This document shows positions 62,480-64,000 of a stretch of 64,000 bases of DNA, piece after piece (position 1 is the first letter of the stretch; each line of letters begins with the position of its first letter). The stretch is from the NCBI RefSeq assembly GCF_006345805.1, contig NC_043007.1, forward strand, positions 52,824,001 to 52,888,000, given 5' to 3'. The notes below the pieces were generated by a model, which ran no database searches, was not told the DNA's origin, and was given only the letters and a program-made list of their open reading frames with translations. This DNA is from Octopus sinensis. Taxonomy: Eukaryota. The translations under genes were made by a program, and so were the position numbers.

Positions 62480-62795
62480 TAAAGACGCAACTTATCTCTC
62501 TGATGCTGGTCCAATGATAAAATGCACTTGGTACATTCTGTAAAGTGGTTTGCTGAAAAGGCAGAGGTGACATAAGTTGCCAACTTTTCTAGTGCTGGTG
62601 ACATGATATAAGGCACCAGTGGATAAAGTTGAAAAGAGCATTTAGCTATCAAAACTCCATCAACAACAGAACATACAAGCCAGGTGTAATCTCTGACCCA
62701 TCTAGGAAGACAATAACTCTGATTAAGAACTAACTTAAACTGCAAAAACCCATCCAACCAATGTCAGCATGAAAAGCAAGTGTAAAATGATGAGG
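62480..62795 (+). mobile_element. Decayed SINE-like repeat with RTE-type tail
   Basis: aaaatgcacttggtacattctgtaaagtggtt...ccatccaaccaatgtcagcatgaaaag...atgatga resembles the RTE 3' end. Confidence 0.5.
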
Positions 62796-62821
62796 CAAAA
62801 TGATTTTAAAATTCAATTTAC

Positions 62822-62871
62822 CTTAATTTAGTTTTCCGCTCCTCATGGAATCGTTCAACAAATCTGTTTGC
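62822..62871 (-). CDS. VPS54: Vps54 internal coding exon, 50 bp
   Basis: Minus strand reads aattatag|GCAAACAGA...AAATTAAG|gtaaat and encodes ANRFVERFHEERKTKL plus AG. AG joins the T of the next exon to give Ser, recreating the VPS54 motif FHEERKTKLS. Confidence 0.93.
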
Positions 62872-63329
62872 CTATAATTTGGATTAAAAAATACAAAGAA
62901 AATATTAACTCTAATGGAAAATATTGGTTCTATAAGAAAAAAAAAATCACTTTGAACAAAAAAGATTAGATTTTTTCACCATCTTTATTTTCTAAACTAT
63001 TTTCTTTCTTGTACTATGACCCAATTTCTCCTTGTATATGATCCAATTTCTCCAAGTAAATAACACATCTGTTGCAAGTTAGTTAAATTGCGAAATACAT
63101 TTTAAAACTTTAGGGATTAAACAGTGAACAAACAGCAGTACCATGGACTTTTGCAGAGCCTCGTAGACTGATTGTATAAAGTGAACATGAAATTAGGGCG
63201 GTGAGTTATTGGTGTAGGAAACAGTTATTAGGTTACTGGAGTGTGAGTTGTGGAATGAGTCACTGGGTTACTGGAGTTGAGGTAGATCAGAAGCAATTAT
63301 TGGATTATTGGAGTTGGAGTAAGTAAAAA

Positions 63330-63520
63330 TATAGCAAGTCAAATTCTTGACAAAATGCAAATAAAATCACCTTTCAAAATATGCAAACCAAAAACATCTC
63401 AGTTAATATGAAAGCTATATATCATAATATCAGTAACCTGCAAATAAAAGAAGCTATTCCAATACGAAAAAAGAAATGCAATCCAACAATTAACAACCAG
63501 ATAGAATATAATGAATCCAA
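63330..63520 (+). pseudogene. Possible GIY-YIG C-terminal remnant
   Basis: Peptide NLQIKEAIPIRKKKCNPTINNQ resembles the 'IKEAI.IRK..P.LN' end of PLE endonucleases; short and weak. Confidence 0.3.
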
Positions 63521-64000
63521 GGAGAACTCTATGGCTCACAATAGTTGAGCCAGTTCATTCTCATACCACCACACTCTGACACTTGACTACAGAACACAAC
63601 CCAAGAACAAAATGGGTCATCTTCAAGACTCCAATTCTCTCCTAAATTCAGCTGCCCACTTTTGCACTGTTAATAAAGTTGGAGGGTCATCCTATAATGT
63701 AGCGACCATGTTAGTATGAATGTTCCTGGGAACTAAACTCTTTCTCTGTAGGTACTTGATAACACCATGATGCCAAGTCAAGTTTTCCATATTTTTATAT
63801 TTAAATGATGAGACATAGTTGTAAAATCAGAGTTTGAAAGATGTTGCACAGAATCCTATGTAATGGCATTTATTATTTGTAGTCTTCTTATAATTTTTAT
63901 AGCTGTTGTTTTTGGTGTAACTACACCTCCTATTGTTATGCTTGTTATTATTACACTTAGTTTTATTCCTATCATTTTCATTATTATTATTATTATTATT

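Noticed and set aside
62874-64000. Expected next upstream Vps54 exon
   Set aside because: No VPS54-like peptide with splice sites was found; likely beyond the window. The next downstream exon was not found in 1-7635 either.

Overview
AT-rich, microsatellite-laden eukaryotic DNA. The repeat set (RTE-BovB, Dong/R4, L1-Tx1, Penelope, Helitron, hAT-Charlie, Tc1/mariner, piggyBac, tRNA-SINEs) suggests a cephalopod such as Octopus; this is inference only. The only host coding sequence I can support is two small minus-strand exons of Vps54 (62822-62871 and 7636-7718). They splice in frame to ANRFVERFHEERKTKLS|LILDSERWKQADVPVEFQ, so about 55.1 kb of the window is a single intron filled with nested transposons. 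Most entries in the ORF track are transposon fragments or microsatellite artefacts. The most interesting signal is a set of Penelope-related elements carrying hammerhead-ribozyme-like folds. One family has a near-canonical core (35459-35549, homolog at about 14.5 kb). Two families have non-canonical cores inside long inverted-repeat 'tail + hairpin' elements: CCGAAGA, and GUGAACA/AUGAAUA with compensated 3-8 pairs. A further hairpin family has the same architecture with a 12-bp TSD but no recognisable ribozyme. All folds were derived by eye and none has been tested.
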